A program made the translations under genes and the position numbers. Shown here piece after piece: positions 26,467-29,477 of a stretch of DNA of 29,477 bases. The notes under the pieces are model-generated. The model had not been told where the DNA came from. It saw nothing but the letters and a program-made list of their open reading frames with translations, and ran no database searches. Numbering within the stretch: the stretch's first letter is position 1; each line of letters opens with the position of its first letter. The stretch covers positions 1-29,477 of IMG/VR virus record IMGVR_UViG_3300030397_000328; one strand, written 5' to 3'. The DNA is from a virus (taxonomy: Duplodnaviria; Caudoviricetes).

Positions 26467-26496
26467 AACCTAGCGGAAACGCAGAGGCGTTGTCAA
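26467..26496 (-). promoter_or_regulatory. Sigma70-type early promoter
   Basis: TTGACA-18 nt-TAGGTT on the minus strand, upstream of the leader and integrase. Confidence 0.6.
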
Positions 26497-26603
26497 GAGA
26501 ATCACGAAAAAGTTTTTCGCGAGTGTGGTGAGAGGTTGTTGGCTTCAAGAATTGTTGACGCGCGGGCGGTGCGCATTATCAAACGTCGCTGGACGGTTTG
26601 CCG

Positions 26604-26972
26604 TTAATCGCCGGCGGCGGATTGCTCTGGAAAACACTCTTTATCGAAGTAGGCTTGTCCGCAACCATGTATTGCCAGCACGTTGTTGGCTGGAATAAAG
26701 AGCATGCCTTCCTGATTCGTGTTTGGCCCAACGGTGTAGATCGTGACACCATGTTCAGTTACAGAACAGATCATGAACTCGCTTAACGACTTTTCAGGAT
26801 CGTCAATTATTTCATCGCGTATTCGTGACAGCACGTCGGGGATTTGATTCAACTCGATGTAGAATGTGGCGTTAAATTTCGCGATATACTCCATGCCGAT
26901 TTTCTGAAGAAAGTCACGAGTTGCGCCGGTCTCGTGATTTTCGAATAACGCACCCTTAATCGTCACTGGCAT
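26604..26972 (-). CDS. Hypothetical accessory protein
   Basis: Probable start MPVTIKG at 26972 (the track extends it to 27062 through the palindromes). Confidence 0.6.
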   Translation of the reverse strand: MPVTIKGALFENHETGATRDFLQKIGMEYIAKFNATFYIELNQIPDVLSRIRDEIIDDPEKSLSEFMICSVTEHGVTIYTVGPNTNQEGMLFIPANNVLAIHGCGQAYFDKECFPEQSAAGD

Positions 26973-27037
26973 AGAATTGCTCGCTTGTCTGGAGTAAAGC
27001 TTCCGTTGTTTCAAATCAGTCTTGCGCGCATCTAACG

Positions 27038-27105
27038 CTGTCCGTTTCGGACAGAACACCACCTAAAGTGAAGATATGCGGCCACTTCCTGTCCGTTTCG
27101 GACAA
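27038..27105. promoter_or_regulatory. Two 17-bp palindromes CTGTCCG-TTT-CGGACA(G/A)
   Basis: Copies at 27038-27054 and 27089-27105, 51 bp apart. Confidence 0.75.
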
Positions 27106-27129
27106 TCTACCCAAAAAGGGGTGACGCTA

Positions 27130-27798
27130 TCAAGGGAATGCCGAAATACTCAGTAGTGGTGATTCGAACTCGGCCAGCCCCAACGCATCAGCGATGCGTA
27201 CGAGTCGAACAACGCCTGAAACTCCAAAGCGTTTTTCGAGTGCGGATATGTATCTACGGGCTGACCTTTCCTTGACATACAGTTTTTTAGCAATGCTGTT
27301 CGCGTCGTCACCGCTAGCTAGCAGGCGTAGTGTCTGCTGTTCCGCGTTGGAGCATGCATTCCAGAGGTGCTCCATTTTGGCGGATACTCGAAGTTGCATT
27401 TGCACGATTGGCGAAATGTACTTATCGCCTCGGCAGCAGCTTTCGAGCGCGATATACCAGCACGGAAGTTCGTCGGATAATGTGACAATTGCCGTGGCTC
27501 CCAGATCCGAAGCCCGCTTCAGGATGATTCCTTCACTTTGCGATGCGACAAACAAGAACGGCGTTTCTGAGTCGCGGCACAGATCGCAGGTGGCTCCACT
27601 TAGGCTGACGATCAACGCGTCAATACGAGGCCATCCTGCTGAAACCTGACGTCGTTTGAATTGGTCTACTAGCTCGTCTGGTCGGCAGGACCAAGCGATT
27701 TGACAGCTAATCGATTCTGCGAATTTAGCCACAAGGCCACGCGTTCCGGCGTGATCAATGGCTATCGCTAACCAGGGAAAAGAATTGAGCTGGGGCAC
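27130..27798 (-). CDS. NarL/LuxR-type regulator with a degenerate receiver domain
   Basis: C-terminal CSNAEQQTLRLLASGDDANSIAKKLYVKERSARRYISALEKRFGV is a LuxR HTH; linker GDKYISP; the phospho-acceptor position reads IDALIVSL. Confidence 0.8.
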   Translation of the reverse strand: MPQLNSFPWLAIAIDHAGTRGLVAKFAESISCQIAWSCRPDELVDQFKRRQVSAGWPRIDALIVSLSGATCDLCRDSETPFLFVASQSEGIILKRASDLGATAIVTLSDELPCWYIALESCCRGDKYISPIVQMQLRVSAKMEHLWNACSNAEQQTLRLLASGDDANSIAKKLYVKERSARRYISALEKRFGVSGVVRLVRIADALGLAEFESPLLSISAFP

Positions 27799-27996
27799 AT
27801 CTAAACACTAGCTCACAAATGCACGTTGTGCGTGCTGAAATTGCGAAGAATTCCACGCAAGCGCAGAGGACTAGTGATCCTCTACGCCTAAATTGGAGGC
27901 TTGGGGTAGGTTGCGAAGTGCTGCAAATGAAACACGGTAATGTTAAATACTGGGGCACCATCCCAGCTCACAGCGCAACCTACCCGAAACCTCCAA

Positions 27997-28353
27997 TTAT
28001 TCGACGTTGTAGACCTCCATGCCATCAATTTTGATAGAGTCAATCGTCACAGTGCCGAGACTATGAACCGTCGTTACTGCCCGCATCGGGCGACCGTTGA
28101 CGGTTCCCGTTAGGTCCCATAGGCTTGAATTCGGTCTTGCGACTGGATCGTCAGGTAACACGATAGTTTGTGGATTGTCGAACTCTGGGAGTTTGTGAAT
28201 CGCTTTCGAAACAACGTCAACGACTTCCCTTGCGGACTTCACGTCGTAGCCGCTTTCCGTCACCATCTGGTCGTAATCTTCAGCAAGTTGAGATTGTGAT
28301 GGGCCACCACAACCAACAAACAAAACCAAAGAGATGGCAATAATTACTTTCAT
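27997..28353 (-). CDS. Lipoprotein (att-adjacent accessory gene)
   Basis: SD GGAG; MKVIIAISLVLFVGC lipobox. Confidence 0.8.
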   Translation of the reverse strand: MKVIIAISLVLFVGCGGPSQSQLAEDYDQMVTESGYDVKSAREVVDVVSKAIHKLPEFDNPQTIVLPDDPVARPNSSLWDLTGTVNGRPMRAVTTVHSLGTVTIDSIKIDGMEVYNVE

Positions 28354-28390
28354 TTCTTCGCTCCAGCACGTAGTGGACTACTTGTCCAAG

Positions 28391-28445
28391 TAGCCGGGGC
28401 GGGACTCGAACCCGCACGCCCTAACGGGCAGGGGATTTTAAGTCC
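28391..28445 (-). other. att core: 3' half of tRNA-Leu(UAA)
   Basis: GGACTTAAAATCCCC-TGCCCGTTAGGGCGT-GCGGGTTCGAGTCCCGC-CCCGGCTA contains the anticodon loop, long variable arm, T arm and 3' acceptor strand; the D arm and 5' acceptor strand are absent. Confidence 0.9.
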
Positions 28446-28456
28446 ACGATGAGAAG

Positions 28457-28473
28457 CTGTCCGAAACGGACAG
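28457..28473. promoter_or_regulatory. Third copy of the 17-bp palindrome, inverted
   Basis: CTGTCCG-AAA-CGGACAG, 11 bp from the att core and upstream of the cytidylyltransferase. Confidence 0.75.
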
Positions 28474-28517
28474 GGGATGGGCAGAGAGTCACCGTAATCG
28501 GTATGACCGGAGCACGT

Positions 28518-28955
28518 ATGAATACCAGAACCTACAGCGTTGGATTCACTTGTGGGGCGTTTGATCCGTTCCCCCACCCCGGGCATATTCAAATGCTTGA
28601 TGAGGCCAAGTCCGTGTGCGAACGTCTTATCGTGGGTCTGCACCGAGACCCTAGCAAGGAACGTCCAGAAACGAAGCATCGGACGATCTGCACGGCACAA
28701 GAACGGCGGATTATGCTGACCGGTTTACGGGCCGTAAGTGAAGTGGTCGAGTATGAAACCGAACGGGATCTAGTGGAACTATTGCTGCGCATTAAGCCAG
28801 ACGTACGAATAATCGGGGCCGACTATCGCGGGCGAAGTTTCACGGGTGACGATCTGCCTATTCCGGTTGTATTCAATTCCCGCAACCATGATTGGTCGTC
28901 AACGAATTTCCTCAGACGCATTCGCGAATCGGGCGGTGGCAGTCCAGGCGGTTAG
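28518..28955 (+). CDS. Cytidylyltransferase-family nucleotidyltransferase (glycerol-3-phosphate cytidylyltransferase/TagD-like)
   Basis: SD GGAG; GFTCGAFDPFPHPGH (HxGH), LIVGL, IIGADY and RNHDWSSTNF. Confidence 0.88.
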   Translation: MNTRTYSVGFTCGAFDPFPHPGHIQMLDEAKSVCERLIVGLHRDPSKERPETKHRTICTAQERRIMLTGLRAVSEVVEYETERDLVELLLRIKPDVRIIGADYRGRSFTGDDLPIPVVFNSRNHDWSSTNFLRRIRESGGGSPGG

Positions 28956-29365
28956 ATTGACGCACTGGAATACGCTTCGTCAGAACTAGACTCGGTGAAC
29001 GCTTCCGAAACGCTGGCGTAGGAACCCGAGCTGCTAGGGCCGGCGACTGGTGATGGCGGTGGTCCTGCACTATAGCTGCTGTCTTCGGACGAGCTTGATT
29101 GGATAACCGCTTCGGAAACGCTACCGGAGTGGCTGGCCTGATTGTTGGACTCGGGCGGTGACGCACTACCGGACGGGTTTTCTATTGAGCTACTCGATTG
29201 AACGGCGGTTTCGTCCAGCTCAAACTCAGAGCAATCCCAGTCGCCACGAACCACGGGAAATTGAGCGTGGCGGGTTCGCACGTTTGAAACCGGGACGGGT
29301 GGGAACCGTTTACACACTAGTCGGCCATCCATTTGAGATCGGTGTTTGCATTGGGCACAAGTCAT
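28952..29365 (-). CDS. Cys-motif protein with a Ser-rich tail
   Basis: SD GAGG; CAQC...CKRFPP...FPVV...DCSEF followed by about 80 aa of Ser/Pro/Glu-rich sequence. Confidence 0.7.
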   Translation of the reverse strand: MTCAQCKHRSQMDGRLVCKRFPPVPVSNVRTRHAQFPVVRGDWDCSEFELDETAVQSSSSIENPSGSASPPESNNQASHSGSVSEAVIQSSSSEDSSYSAGPPPSPVAGPSSSGSYASVSEAFTESSSDEAYSSASI

Positions 29366-29477
29366 GGGATTACCTCGAAGAAACTGCGGGATGATGCGGG
29401 GGCGAACTCACCAAGGGAAGAAAAAGGGCAAAGTGTGTATCACTTCGTGATCGTGACTGGGAAACTGACTGGGAAAC

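Larger units (their letters stand above)
1..29477 (-). mobile_element. Temperate siphovirus (prophage or excised/free form), incomplete at the left edge
   Basis: Co-oriented integrase, replication, terminase, portal, capsid, tail and tape-measure genes; tRNA-half att site; phage-like genes on both sides of att. Confidence 0.95.

Noticed and set aside
26555-26582. Divergent plus-strand promoter (TTGACG...TATCAA)
   Set aside because: Poor -10 match and no credible plus-strand gene downstream.
28391-28480. Complete tRNA-Leu gene
   Set aside because: The sequence 5' of the anticodon stem has no D arm and no strand complementary to the acceptor 3' strand.
28350-28700. 116-aa minus-strand ORF
   Set aside because: It runs antisense to the cytidylyltransferase and through the tRNA fragment; no protein-like features.

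Overview
The whole window looks like the genome of a temperate, lambda-like siphovirus, or most of one, with almost all genes on the minus strand. In transcription order (right to left) it has: a Ser-rich accessory gene and a convergent cytidylyltransferase; an att core made of the 3' half of tRNA-Leu(UAA) at 28391-28445; a lipoprotein; a pseudo-receiver LuxR/NarL-type regulator; a sigma70-like early promoter with a structured leader; a tyrosine integrase; early and replication genes (YfdQ/YfdP-like pair, CsrA, an O-like initiator with internal 22-bp iterons, ASCH, many small hypotheticals); a terminator; an exported papain-fold protease + thioredoxin-fold + membrane-peptide cassette where lambdoid lysis genes normally sit; GpA-type TerL, gpW, portal, protease/scaffold, capsid, tail genes and tape measure; and a >677-aa Ser/Cys-rich tail protein that runs off the left edge and is missing from the ORF track. 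A Planctomycetota-type host is my inference from gene content and style. The most unusual signal is a stop-free 436-codon same-strand -1 frame that spans the entire integrase. It has its own SD, reads through the post-integrase terminator and ends in an ATGA overlap with the next early gene, and no CI repressor is visible. All calls come from reading the sequence by eye; no database searches were run.
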